Shown here one piece after another: positions 13,725-26,900 of a stretch of 64,000 bases of DNA. Numbering within the stretch: the stretch's first letter is position 1; each line of letters opens with the position of its first letter. The stretch comes from Nemertoderma westbladi (Eukaryota > Animalia > Xenacoelomorpha). Under the pieces are notes generated by a model. The model worked only from the letters and a program-made list of their open reading frames with translations. It had not been told where the DNA came from and ran no database searches. The position numbers and the translations under genes are program-made. Location: positions 8,759-72,758 of the forward strand of contig JAUCBJ010006248.1 of the NCBI GenBank assembly GCA_032718475.1, given 5' to 3'.

Positions 13725-14230
13725 TAGCTCTATTAGTTTCATTCGAACCGTAATGGTCGATTTAATGGGGGTAGACACCATCAAAACAATGGTCGAGTTA
13801 TTGCTTCTCGAGATATCGGTCAAAATGTTAGCGCTGACTCACATAACTGAACACATAACTTCAGCAGTTTAATATCAATAAATCACCATATCACTAAAAA
13901 TATGAATTTTGTTTATACTACTAAATTGTTGTTTTGATGGAGTCTACAACTACTAATTCTACCATTGCGGTTCAAATAAGCATATTACCTAAGTATATTT
14001 ATGTGAAAGTATGATTTTTAGTGATATGGTGATATATTGCATTAATTGAAATTAAATTGAAAATTTATATTAAAAATGTTGCTGAAATTACAGTTGGTAA
14101 AGTTAAGTCAGCGCTCACATTTTGACCGATATCTCGAGAAACAATAACTCGACCATTGTTTTGATGGTGTCTACCCCCACTAAATCGACCATTGCGGTTC
14201 GAATGATACTAATATCAGTGCAATAGGAGT
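13725..14230. mobile_element. Palindromic MITE just downstream of the paralogue 1 stop
   Basis: Nested inverted arms (cattcgaaccg..ggtagacaccatcaaaac..ctcgagatatcggtcaaaatg and its reverse complement). Confidence 0.65.
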
Positions 14231-14732
14231 AAGAGAAGTTGATATTCTCTACAATTGAGTATTAGGCAGTTCTCCTTATATAATATTAATATAATTAATA
14301 ATATTATTTTAGAATATTATTCTAAAACACACCGACGAATATTATGAAATTAACAGATTCGGCACCAGGTTGATTAAAAGTATCGCGAAATGCTATAGTT
14401 TGGTCTGGGCATTTTTATAAGATATATAGCATTATTATAAATAGTATTTTACTAATACTTTACTAATACTAATTTATTTGGTACAACACTATTTAAGAAA
14501 AAGACACCGGCAAAAGATTTTGAAAATATCATTTTTGGAATCAGGGTGTTGAAGTACCCCAAAAAAATGAAATAAGTTTGGCCGGGCATTTTTCTTTTAT
14601 AAAAAGTTGGTTCAGCCCCACCGTGATAGCAGTTGTTTGGGTTAGCTATTTACAATTATCATTTACCCATCCACCTAATAGCGGCATGAAATAGATTCTT
14701 CGCCAACTACGTGGCTCGCCCCACGCCTGAAA

Positions 14733-14880
14733 CATTGGAAATAAATTCGCTTCCATTGGAATTAAATTCGCTTGCATTAAAACTAAGTTCGCTTCCATTG
14801 GAACTAAATTCGCTTGCATTGGAACTAAGTTCGCATCCACTGGAACTAAGTTCGTATCCATTGGAACTAAATTAGTTTTC
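14733..14880. repeat. 21-bp minisatellite (ttggaactaagttcgcttcca)
   Basis: About 7 tandem units; explains the MEANLVP ORF. Confidence 0.85.
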
Positions 14881-15527
14881 GTTATTCTCTAGTATTGGAA
14901 CTAAGTTAAAATCAACAAACTAAAATTATTAAAAACATTACTAAAATCACCAAAATTGGAACTAAATTCGTTTTCGTTGGAACTAAAATCACATTCGGCT
15001 TAAATTGGAACTAAGTACGAGGAGTCAGTTCGTTTCGTGTTACCATATTTAATATTATATTGTTGTCTACGCTATTGATTAGGCCTATACATTAGCTATG
15101 TATGTATTTATTACCTGTAGGCCTATATATTCATCTATATATGGTGCTGGCATGTTTCATTGGTACTGCTCTAATAAATATATAATATAATTTAATATTA
15201 TAGTCGAATAACTATTATATATATTTTTTTATTCCTAAATCTAAATTATTATATTTAATTTCAATGAACAAAGAAATTTTTCATTGAATGAAGTTTACAT
15301 AGTAACAATATAGGATATTAAAGTTAATGTCTTTTATTGTCGGCGAGTCCTAATTAAATATTAAATATAAATATAAAGAATAATAAATAACAAATCAGAA
15401 TAACTACCAATACGGACCGGTAGTATAGTGGAAAGTTTATGTTACATGGGATGGGAGTCGTCTCTTCGGTTTCTATGTGGTCCCGTCAGGTCTCAATGGG
15501 GTCTCCTTGAGTTTGATAACAGCGAGT

Positions 15528-16165
15528 TTAGTCACCGAAAATCTTGCTGGTAGGTGTGGCAGCAGTTCCCATGGATGATGCAGCAATGCTGATCAAAATT
15601 GCCACCTCAAGGCGGAAGGCGTTGCAGCAGAAACTGGTGCGACGTGGACACGGTTCGATGTGGATGCGAGCCCCGATCTCCCGGAGGAAGGTAGTGGTAT
15701 CTGGACCGTGGTGGCATAAGGTCTCAAAGGCAACAGGGTGAAATAAGTCCATTAGGTTGCGATGCTTAGCATTTTTAGTTTGCTCTGCCCCCTCTGCCGT
15801 GCGTCCCCCAGCAAGGATTGTCTGTTGAATGTGGCTGAGGGGCAGCGGATCTACCATTGTGGCATCCATGCGAGGGTTCGGCACTGTGACTGCGGGGTCA
15901 TGGTGACGCCGTCAACCATCGTCCCGTCGCTCCGACATAAACCTGGGGGCTCTTGGATTGAAGACATCCCACAAGCAGCTGCATAGTGATCTCAACTAAC
16001 AGCAGAGTCCATGGAGGCCTTCAGCAGCCCCTGGAGTGCCACAGTGGCAGCTGTGATGTTCGACGATTTTACACCCCAGTCTCGTAGCGATGGCGATATG
16101 GAGCTGAGTATCGTTCAGTTTCAGACCAAAAGAGGACCAGGGCATCGCGTTGAGCCATCAAGTCA
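15528..16165 (-). mobile_element. 3' fragment of a CRE-like non-LTR retrotransposon (Zn knuckle + restriction-like endonuclease)
   Basis: WLNAMP..GLKL..IATRLG, CHCG..HGLCC, DGVTMTP..W/DATMVD, FHPVAFETL..GP..FLREIG. Confidence 0.7.
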
Positions 16166-16216
16166 ACTATTATATATATTTTTATATTTTTATTTAAAAA
16201 AACTTATATCCATCGG

Positions 16217-16432
16217 AGGGCATTTCGCCCGGGGGCATTTTCCCTTGAGGGCATTTCGCCCTGGGGGCATTTTGCCATGAGGCCATTTCGTCCTGGGGGT
16301 ATTTTGCCCTGAGGGCATTTCGCCCTGGGGACATTTTACCGAGGCAATTTCTTCCTCATGAAATTACAATGCAAAATACACACAGAACGAAATGCCAACA
16401 GAGCAAAATGCCCCCAGGGCGAAATGCACCCA
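16217..16432. repeat. 16-bp repeats (gggcatttcgccctgg) with inverted copies; probable transposon subterminal array
   Basis: About 8 direct units, then inverted units at 16390-16432. Confidence 0.65.
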
Positions 16433-18239
16433 GGAATTTTGAAATGACATGCTTCCATGCTTTATTTAATTGTGTTTTATTAATGTTATGTCCTTGGCAG
16501 ATAGTTGTGGGCATCCGTATTTATAAATAACTAACTAAAATATGATCAACCACTTACCACTGCACTAAGAACCATATTATATATCTAATGTAGTTAAGAA
16601 TACCCTTATTTTATTTTTGTTATTTTTGTTTGGAATAGATAATGCATCAGACACAAACATGTAGCTACTAAGAACACAGAATAATAATTAGAAATCTAAA
16701 TCGATCGAATTTGTATTTTTGATTATCGAACTGTTACTTTAGAAATTGAATCAGCCAAGTCATTTCATTCGAATTCTCAAAAAGCATGTCATTATGTGTA
16801 ATCGATTAAATACCGAATTCATCACCATTGTAACAAAGGAGCCTATTACTTTTCACTTAATTTGTACAAAAGGATTCTCGAAAAAATATAAATACAACAT
16901 ATTTTATTAAACTCGCGCTGTTTTTGTAATAGGTATTATGGGTTTCATGTGGCATTTGTTCATTATAAATGGAGAAATTGCGATCTTATATTTGCCCAAA
17001 TCATTTTGATTTTTTCTCTTCATTGCGTTAATTTCGTTCTAGATAATTTCGTGACTGACAATTCCTTTCATTACATCATCATATGTTATTTTATTCTCAA
17101 CTTTTGAAAACTTATAGCTACACTACAGTGATGAGTGTCGTTTGAATAATGAGATAAGGGGAAAACGGGACGTAAATCTCATCTCGGAGAATTAATATCT
17201 CGCCTCAATGTTAAATTATCAACTATGTTTAAGGAGCATGTGATTCTTAATTCTATCCAAAACAATACTCTAAAGTCAATAGAATAGGTTACAGTATTAT
17301 CTTTGGGAGTTTTTAATGTGCCCGCTTCACAAACGAACGGCAACGAACTGGCAGTGTAATTAACCAGAACACTCTGGTGCAAGTATGTCTGTAGTGTTCA
17401 TTAGGCGTCAGAAAAACAACTATCCATATTGTCCTTTCCAATTTAGTAGATAAAAGGGTACTGTCAATGCACCACATAAGTCTGTAAGTGCTAACGCGGG
17501 ATTTCCTTGGTAAAGTGACACCATACCAGTGATTTCTGAAAGTACCAATGTGCTAACTCAGTAACAGACTTTAGCAACATTTAGCAACACCAATTCTGCA
17601 CCACCCGCAAGAGGGCTCAAGTGTTCTAAAGTGCTAACTTACTAAAAACACCAATAACAATAGTAATATTAGCAAAGTTAGGAGTTTGAAGTGATGGTAT
17701 CTGTATATCTTGGAAGATAATGATTAGGTGTTTTTGTGTTGAATATTTCAAGACACCACACATCATAAAATGCTAACTCATTATTCGTTCTTTGGGATGT
17801 GAAAGGAAATTGAATATATTATAATATTAATTATGTAATCATTGGGGAGTGGGGGGGTGTACACACCAAATTTTATACTACCAAGTTTTTGCTAATTTCA
17901 TTTGTGAAAATGTTCTCAAACATATAAAATATGTTAAATTAAAATATTTTATAACGTTCTATATTTTTCATTTTCAAAATAAAATAGAGAATCCTAAAAA
18001 AATGTTCTCCTTTTTAAACAATAGAACATACATTTCTGCATTTCCAATCGCTGATTTATCAGGCTACCAAAGGGGATCAGAACCTTAATGCGCATATAAG
18101 ACAATGAATGCTCGTATTTATGGATGTATGTTACCACTATATGATTTCTGCTGACTGGAATTATTTATTTCTGAAACACATTGTCATCTATATTGTGATC
18201 TATGGCTGATTAAAAAGCAATAAACACAATAAACGCAAT

Positions 18240-19680
18240 AAATAGAATGCTGTGCCGGCTTGACGGCAAAATTGAGCCACCACAACTCCCTATCACCCAT
18301 GACATTTGCTAGATCATCCGAATCTTCAAGGCCAGTGTCCTTTAAGACGCGTCTCAAGAAAGTCATGGGCTGTCCACCATGCTTATTCACTGCATGATGC
18401 TACCAAAGAACAAGATTATGCACTGACTGGTCCACACGGCGAAAGCAATGTCCTGCAAAGCGGAGGCGGGTTTGTTCTAGTGTCAAGCCTGGGGGAACCA
18501 ATGAGACACCTCCAATGTTATATTGTGTCTGGTTGGAGATGTGTGGATTGTACTTGACACAGTGAACCCGGCGTAGCATTCTTGTGAATGTGCCATCCAG
18601 AGATTTGGTATCCTCTTTGGTATACTGGAACTACTGCTGCTCTAAATAATCGTACCTTAAGATTCCGATTAATTCTATGTGACTTCCAAATCCTGGAAAG
18701 CCTATTCAAGGCTGCCCATGCCTTTCCCTTGCGTATTCGAAGGTCTCGCCTGACCTCCGGATCCATGAACCCTGGTGACAGAAGTCGTCCACATGCTCAA
18801 GCATACCATCCTTTGAGCTTATGCTCATCCGGTCAGAGACTTGCTGATGACTTTCATAGTTAACTGTCAAAATTTTGGTCATTTTTGGAGTTAATAAAAA
18901 GACCAACACTAGAAGCAGCATGTTCTAATGAGCTGAGGAGCCGTTGGGCTCCCTCTAGTGATTCTGAGAGTACTCCTAAGTCATCAGCAAAGTCTAGATC
19001 AGTTAGGTACTTGGCAGGATTTCCTCGACTTCTGGAGCCAGTAGGTGGAGTTATCATCACCCCCATCATCATTATGATGATCTAGTGACATGCTTATAGT
19101 CAACCATAATTATGAACAAGAATGGCGCAAGTGTGTCTCCCTGGAGGACGCCCCATAACACTTAAATTGGTTCTGTGTCACCGTCAGCAGTAGACACAAA
19201 TGTTGTCGAACCATCGTATACTGATCTGATTGCTGCAATAATTTCATCATGAATCCCATATAATGAAAGTATGCTGAACATTCGTGAGCGAGAGACTGAA
19301 TAAAAGGCCTTGAATAAGTCAACAAAGATAACAGCCAGATGCCTGTCTTTCTTTTTTGATCAATCTCCTCAATTATCCTTCTAAGTACCAAAATGGGCTC
19401 CATGGTCTCACGACCTTTAAGGAACCCATTCTGATTTCCAAGGAGCAGTCTCTCAATGGGATCCAGAGGGATCAATGGGATCTAGATAAGCTTTAAACAC
19501 TCAGGTATTTTAAATACCTCAGGGGGAACACCATCTACTCCACTACTGGCACGATTGGTCTTAATGCTCTTTGCAGCAGCCTTCACTTCTGCAAAGGAGA
19601 TATCGCCAATGGGAATATCTGGGAGTACAGACTCAGAACACTTTTACTTCTTTAAAGTTATCAGGCGATACCCTGTCATT
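18240..19680 (-). mobile_element. Degenerate RTE-like LINE, RT domain to 3' end
   Basis: NQNGFLKGR..ILVLRRIIEE, GVLQGDTLAP, LDFADDL, RIRKGKAW..LKVRLFRAAV; frameshifted. Confidence 0.85.
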
Positions 19681-20694
19681 GAATTAAATACACTGCATTC
19701 CGGGACATGGCTTATTGGTTTTATGTATGTATTTAGAGAGGTTTAAAGTTTTGACCTCGAAAAGACCAAGAATAGCAGCGGTGTGCAATAATGGGTAAGA
19801 AATTGGTGACACATTTTCAAAATACTTGTAGCAATTTACGTTATAGCAGTATATGTAAAAATTAAAATTTGAGATTGCACGAAATTTGACATACAGAATG
19901 ACCTCTCTATTTTCTGGAAAAGGAAACTTATTGCAAGGATTAAGGATTTAGAATAATATATAATTATGAGAATAAATTAATTAATGGTTGTTGATTATGT
20001 GCCATATTATTGAATGCTTTTAAGAAATTGAATTAGTTGCAAAGACATAGACGTTTAATATATGAATTGAATAGGCCTAATGTTAGCACTTTATGCTTTC
20101 TGTTGGCCGGTATTATTCATTTCAGAAACTCATAATCTCCTCTTGTGATCTCGGCTTGATTAATAATCAATTTATTTCAATTTTAGTTATAAAACGCTAA
20201 CATCTGGTCTGGCTTGCTATGCAATAATTATACAACAAAATTAGCCTTAAAGAGCTAACATTTAGAATATGTCTTATGGAGAAACTCTATAGTGCTAACA
20301 GTTAGCACTTTACCTTTTTCAATAATTCTGAATCTGGTCGCTAGGGGGCAGTTGTTAAAATTTGTTGCTATTTGACGTTTTTAATTTGTGCTTGCAAAGG
20401 GGTCAAACTGCTAACACTTCGAAATGAGCCAATCGGAACCTGGAATTGTAGTCAACTTGTCTCAACAAATTTTTTTCAGGGAGTGTTAGCACTTTAGGTT
20501 AGCACTTTAAAACAGTTAGCACTTTACCATTGCAGGACTGCTGTTTGTTAGCACTTTAGTACTTCTAAAAACAGTATATCATTTTAAAGGTACACCGTAA
20601 TTGTGTTAAATAAGCACAATTATGTAAAGTTGAATTTTTTCGAAAAGTTTGTTGTTCAACATATAGAATATTTATTATATAATAATAAATATAC

Positions 20695-20945
20695 ATGGAG
20701 CCTCCACGTAAAGCGTTAGTGTTTGCAGTCTTTTCTATGTTCCTACAAATAAGTGTAGCTGAAATTCTCAGCTACTCCGAGAAACAGCTGATACTGAATT
20801 GGCACAATGATAGACGCCGCAATGCGGTGGACCCGGTCCATACAAATGTGGATTTTAGTGGAACTAAAGTTCCTGATGCCAGTGGAATGAATGAACTGGT
20901 ATGGGATGCTGATCTGGAGAGAATAGCCCAGCAATGGGCTGATGG
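20695..20945 (+). CDS. Paralogue 2 exon 1: signal peptide and CAP N-terminus
   Basis: ATG..ALVFAVFSMFLQISVA..ILNWHNDRRR..WDADLERIAQQWADG|gtgagt. Confidence 0.9.
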
Positions 20946-23900
20946 GTGAGTAACGTTACTCTAGGTATGCAAATGTAGGCCTGAACCTGAAGGGGGGTAT
21001 AGTCTGAAAGGGGTATTTTCAACATAAAATGTTATGCTGTGCTCTCAAAGGAACACAACACACTCGAACTTTCACAAAAATGCATTCGTTCTTTCAAAAT
21101 AACACTTTCACATTTAAAAACTAATATGGTTCTTTGTGCTGCCGTATTTCACAACAGATATAACGTATCATATAAGATATAAGATATAAGATAGGTATAA
21201 GATATAAGATAGGTATAAGATATAACGTATCATATAAGATATAAGATATAAGATATAACGTATCTTTCAGATGTTCAAATGCACATGGGATTATGAAGAA
21301 TACACCGGAATTTATTTATTACAAGAGTATCTACCGTTCTAGCGGAGGATTGGGGCAGAATATCCACGGTGATGGGAGTCCTGCCTTACTGGAATCCGCA
21401 TTGTTCGATTTCTACGACGAAGTTCAGTGAGTACCAGATAATCATTAGGTTCCACCTCGGTGTAGTGGTCGCATTGAATTCACATCTCCCGTGGGTCGTG
21501 GGTTCGATCCTCACATGGGCCAGGGCAGTTTTCGTTTCGGCACGAATGCTTTAAAGGGACCAGCCAGGGCGCATCTCTGCCTTGCCTCCTTAAGTGGTAG
21601 CTAAATGAGTACTAGAGTTTCCTCTGGGGAGTAAAGCTCTGGGGGGACCGCACTGGAAATTAATTGTCAGACTTTGTGCGTAATCCCTGGCCTAGTGGCC
21701 GAAGAAAATTTACTTTACTTTTAATCCCCATTCAGATACGGAAAATATTATTTTTCACTATTGATAATTAAGGTGGGCAAAGAAAGGTTTGTCCCCTTTA
21801 GAGAGATTTAATTTAATAGTTACTGAACTCAGTAGTGTTGTATTATTTATGTATGTATATTGTATAAACTGTTTGTAGCTTTTTAGAAATGTAACCAACA
21901 TTTAAATAAAAAAGTACTTCGGGCGTCCTAAATTATATATTATGTTTAGAAGCTATTTCATATTATTGTTTAGCTTACATTCAATCGTTCTGTTGTTACC
22001 TTTTCTTACATTACACCACAGCCAACTACCAAATGTCGTTTTTCTTGTAAAGGTAGAACAAACGCTAGCCTATAATATATATTATATAAAGGCGTAGCTT
22101 CTGTTCTACCTGTAAGAGTGTATGGCGTTTAGGTTTATGGTTAGAGAGATACACATCAGTGTGTTGCGCATGTCGTTGTTTGTTTTTTGTTCCTTATAGT
22201 ATTTGTGTTTTTGACGATGGCACTTCTTGCGCCTGAGTACTATATTTGGGTTTAAAGGTCTCGATTCTATATTTCTTTGGTAGTCTGTTGTGGTGTAAGA
22301 CCCCAATGTTTACCTATTTACTTTTTAATTTAGATTTTGTATGGGGCGTTCTACCATTAATTAAATTGCTACATTTCTTAATTCTTGCATACTATGAATT
22401 ATTATTATTTAATTTAAATTATTATCTATGAATAATAAATAATTTAATACATTTTATCTAATTTGCCCCAATTTTTAGATTTTGTGTCCCTATTATTTTA
22501 TTATGTAGCACATTTTTAATGATGTGTCTAAGGAAAAAAAATGAATTATCTACATTTCCGAGCTAAAAAAATAATAATAACGTGCAAATGTAATTAAATG
22601 AAGTTATTTAATTATGTACCATAAAAATATTATCCCATTGTTATCCCAGACGGTTCACGATGGATTCTTGGCATTGCGAGGGATTTGAAAACAATCGTGA
22701 TATCCCAAAGTGGATAGCTTGCGGCCACTTTGACCAGTTGATGTTACAACGGCTTACTAAAATAGCCTGTGCGAGAGGCGCGACCTGCAACTTTTTGGTG
22801 TGCGAGTATTTCGATGGTATGAACCGTCTACCTTGGTGTGACCCTGCGCTGGCAGACTACGAAACGTGTTTGTTTGTAAGTAATATATGTAGAGAAGTAA
22901 ATATATTTCTCATTAACTCTTAACTTAAATTTAATTTATTTAATCTTGTACCTGTAATCTTGTACTTGTAATCCATACTGTACTACAATATACTATACTT
23001 TGCCACTTTACATAATAATTATACTAGGCCTAGTAATATTTATGTTATATTATACTAATTAATATTTATAATATTTATTTATCGTTAATAGTGTACAACA
23101 TTTATATATATATGTAGATTTTCTACATTGTTTTTGATGGTATGTGTTAAACAGGGGCGATCAGGAGCGCGTTATTACTGCCGCACTGCTGCTAAACACA
23201 AAACTGCTTCTCACCGCTGGATGGCGCTAACCTGGACGTTCGCTAATATATTTTACTAATTTTATACGGCTCCTGTAAATCGCTTGTTCCTTTCTCTGTT
23301 GATCGCTCAACAGAGAGCTAACTGTTCGAATCTATGAGCCACGCGGCAATAACCAAAACAATAAACCCGAATCGACTCCCTAAGCTACTTAAAACGAGTG
23401 CGGGTGGCCAAGCACTCGGAGTTCACTTATCGCAAAATACTGGAATTCACTGGCAGAATCGTTGAATGTGAGAATGTTTTAATAATCTACGGGGACAGAT
23501 CTATTACTTTCTTAGGTGCCGAAACTTGGCCTTTGGCTGGTTTTAGACCAGCAAACTTACTACTGCTGTACTGTATACTGCACACTGCTGTCAACCTGTT
23601 GCCCCGCTATTTTCAAATAAACGCCTAGCGTGAATAGTCTACAGTACTCCAAATAATTACTTTAACTACTCTCCACTATGCTGCGTACAAATTCTTAATT
23701 TTTGTACGGGATCCGAGAATCCCGACCGGTTGGTTTATTTACGCGTCCCCGCCGCCAGTGAAAGAGTTTGTTATCTTGTTATCGTTCCGGAATTGTTAAT
23801 GAGATATAATATAAAATATAGTCAGGTAAAATAGATAGCACAATTGATAGATTGACTGATGTATGGTAGTATGTGATATAATTGGTGATGGTGGCGGCGA

Positions 23901-26900
23901 CGGTAATAAAAGTTACCGTTCTGCCCTAACTGAACTGAGTAAACTAAACTATAATATAAAACACCAACTGGTAATATATTGCACTGTGTTGGCCTTACTA
24001 CTCAGATGATGCCTCTCCTGTCCCCCCATTGGTTGATAACCTACTTCTCGCCTTCACCTCTGCGGGAGTGTTTCCCCCCCTCTGCTGTTACTTTCCTTCT
24101 CCCCGGAGGCTTAACCTCTGACCTCCATTGTGTGCGACCCTTTGGGGTTTGTCATCCCCGTTTATTGGGGGTGATACGAGGTTGATTGGCAATCAACCTC
24201 GTACTCCTAAATATTGCTTAAAGGCGCCGCTTTCCCAACTTTGTGGGGTGGTTAGCGGAATTGAATCCGCTAACACTCCCCCCTATGCTATCTTCCCGGT
24301 GAGAAGATAGCATCAACCTCAAGTGCGCTTCAATTCCGCTGGAACTCGATCTACTATCGGGTGTGGGGTGGAGTTCTTTTACTCTGGAGTCGGCTTTCAA
24401 GGCCGCTCCCTATGGGTATGATGTCACTACCCTCTCTTGGTGCAACTCCATCCTATGTTGCACCAAGACATCTGGCGTCTCGTGTCGATTGTGGATTCTC
24501 ACACAATTTTTAAACTCTCTCACTCTGACTTTTCACTCTACTCTATCTCTAACTCCGCTCTAACTCCCCACTCTTACTCTCTCCCCACGCCTGAATCGCA
24601 CTTGCTGTACTCTCTCTCGCCAGCAGCTCCTCTCCATACTCCACTCATACTGCCCTCAAAGGCGCTAATTTTATGTTACCCCTGTGCTATCATTCTATCT
24701 ACCTACTACTTACTTCTTACTTACTATCTAACTCTCTTACTACTTACTTACTAACTCTCTAATTCTAATAACTCTCTAACTCTAACTAGCTCTCCTTGCT
24801 CTACTAACTCTCTTAAGTCTACTAACTCTAACTAGTTCTCTAACTAACTCCTACTAACTCTTCTAAGTCTACTAACTCTAACTAGTTCTCTAACTAGTAC
24901 TCTCTAACTCTCTACTAACTCCAACTCTACTAGCTCTAACTAGAACCCTCTAACTACGTGGCGCTTTCGGTGCCCACAACCACTCCCGACTTCTAACCCT
25001 CCCGGTACTACATACCCTCCTACTCCCGTGGTATGTCTATATACCACACTCCCTATACCCGCCGCCTTCTAACCTCTTACTATCTTTCTAACTAACTTTT
25101 ACCGACTTTCTAACCTCTACTTACTGTCTAACTATCTACTAACTATCTTACATACTTACTCTATCTAACTTTCTAATTATTATCTAACTTCTAACCTTCT
25201 AACTCTTTTATTTTATTATTTAATTATTTTTATTATTTTATTAAAATAATTATTCTTGCGTGGGAAGGGCGTCTCGCCTTCATTCCCACCCCCACAGTCC
25301 AAAATATTGGACGAATAAACTCTAAGGTCCTCCTTGATCTTCCATCGACTCTTTCCAGGAGGCGTTCTCCCACTGCCCCCCTATACGTCCTCTTATTCTT
25401 CGCCACACTATCTCCGCCAATTCCAACTCACCAGGAATTGGTTCTCCCTCTTCTGCCACCCTTAAATCGGGTCTCTCTGCTGCCTTCTTAATTCCCTCGT
25501 CTCTTGGCATCAAAATGCCACCTCCCACCTTGTTGTCTCCCGGCGGCAGAATGAAAAGAAAGTGAAAGAACAGGCAAAACAGAAGGTACAATAGTAATCA
25601 TATCCCTTTCCATCCTGTCTTCTTACTCGAGCTCCCCCTTGTCGGTATGCCTCTCAACTGGACCGGCGTCTCTTCCGGACACTCCTCTGGACACTCCTCC
25701 GGACACTCCTTCTGACACTCCTCTGGACACTCCTCCGGAGTGTTGTCCTCCGGACATCTCGCCGTCCGCTCCTCCCCATCCCCATACCGATACTTGCTGG
25801 GACCCTTGTTCCATCCCATTGCCTCTAAGTCTTCGACGTCAAATCCATTTTCCTCTGCCCACTCTCCTACTGTTACTTCCCCGTCTGGCTCATCTACCAT
25901 TTCCGGTTTCTTCTCTTCGTCCTCTGTGTCTACGGTGCCTGGTAACATGCACCCTGATGTCTCCGTCACTCTGGATGGAATCTTGGTTTTAACTGGGCCG
26001 CTAAGCGTCCATCCAAACGGCGTGAGGATCGCCGTCGGATCCCGCTGCCTGTGTTCGCCAAAGACCGTCTGTATTCTCTCGTGGGCTGTCGGGCAGTCCA
26101 TTCCTACTATGATGGATACCTTCCTAACGTCCACCTCTGGTATTGAGAAATCGATACTGTCCAGGAATCTATATTGTTCGACCTCAATGTTGGTTGGTCG
26201 CCTGGCGTTGATATTTATCGATTCTATCACGTGGATGGGGTCAATCGTCGCCCCATAATCGCATCCCGGTGCAATCGCTGATATCTTGCACCGTCCCGTC
26301 CTCATCTCCAGGACCTCATCCTTACTTGAAACGGTAGTTACCGCCATTCTATTCGGCCTCGTCTTTAGCCCTATCTCTTCCGCCACCCAGTTCTCCACCA
26401 GTGTGAAGGCTGCTCCGCTGTCGACCAGCATTAATGTTGTAACTGATCGTCCGCCCTTTCCTGATATCTTCACAGGTACTACCCCAAGTAGTACTTTTCT
26501 CTCCCTTCTTACTCCTGTCGTGCTTGTAGCCATTGTTTGGCCTCCAGTCTCATCCTCTCTTGCTGCTGTTTCTCTACACTCTCGGATCTGTGTCCTTCTA
26601 CCACACATCGATGACATAGTCCGTTTGCGTCTGTGTAGGCTATACGATCTTGTTTGGGCAATGCTTGCCAGTGCTTACAACTCCTGGTTTTATGGGTTCC
26701 GTCCCGATGTAATTGACATTCGAATCCTGGATTATAGCGTTCCCTGTATAGTCCCTCACGTATCGCGCCTAGGTTTTATCTACCGATTTAGTGTTTTGGT
26801 TGTCTAGACTCGGCCTACTGGGTATATTGGGATTATGTTTATTTGTGGTGTTGTTTTCTTTCTGTCCCTGCCACGGTGTGGCCCTACTCCCAGCTAACTG

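Noticed and set aside
14646-14861. Repeat protein MEANLVP
   Set aside because: Translation of a 21-bp minisatellite with no splice or domain support.
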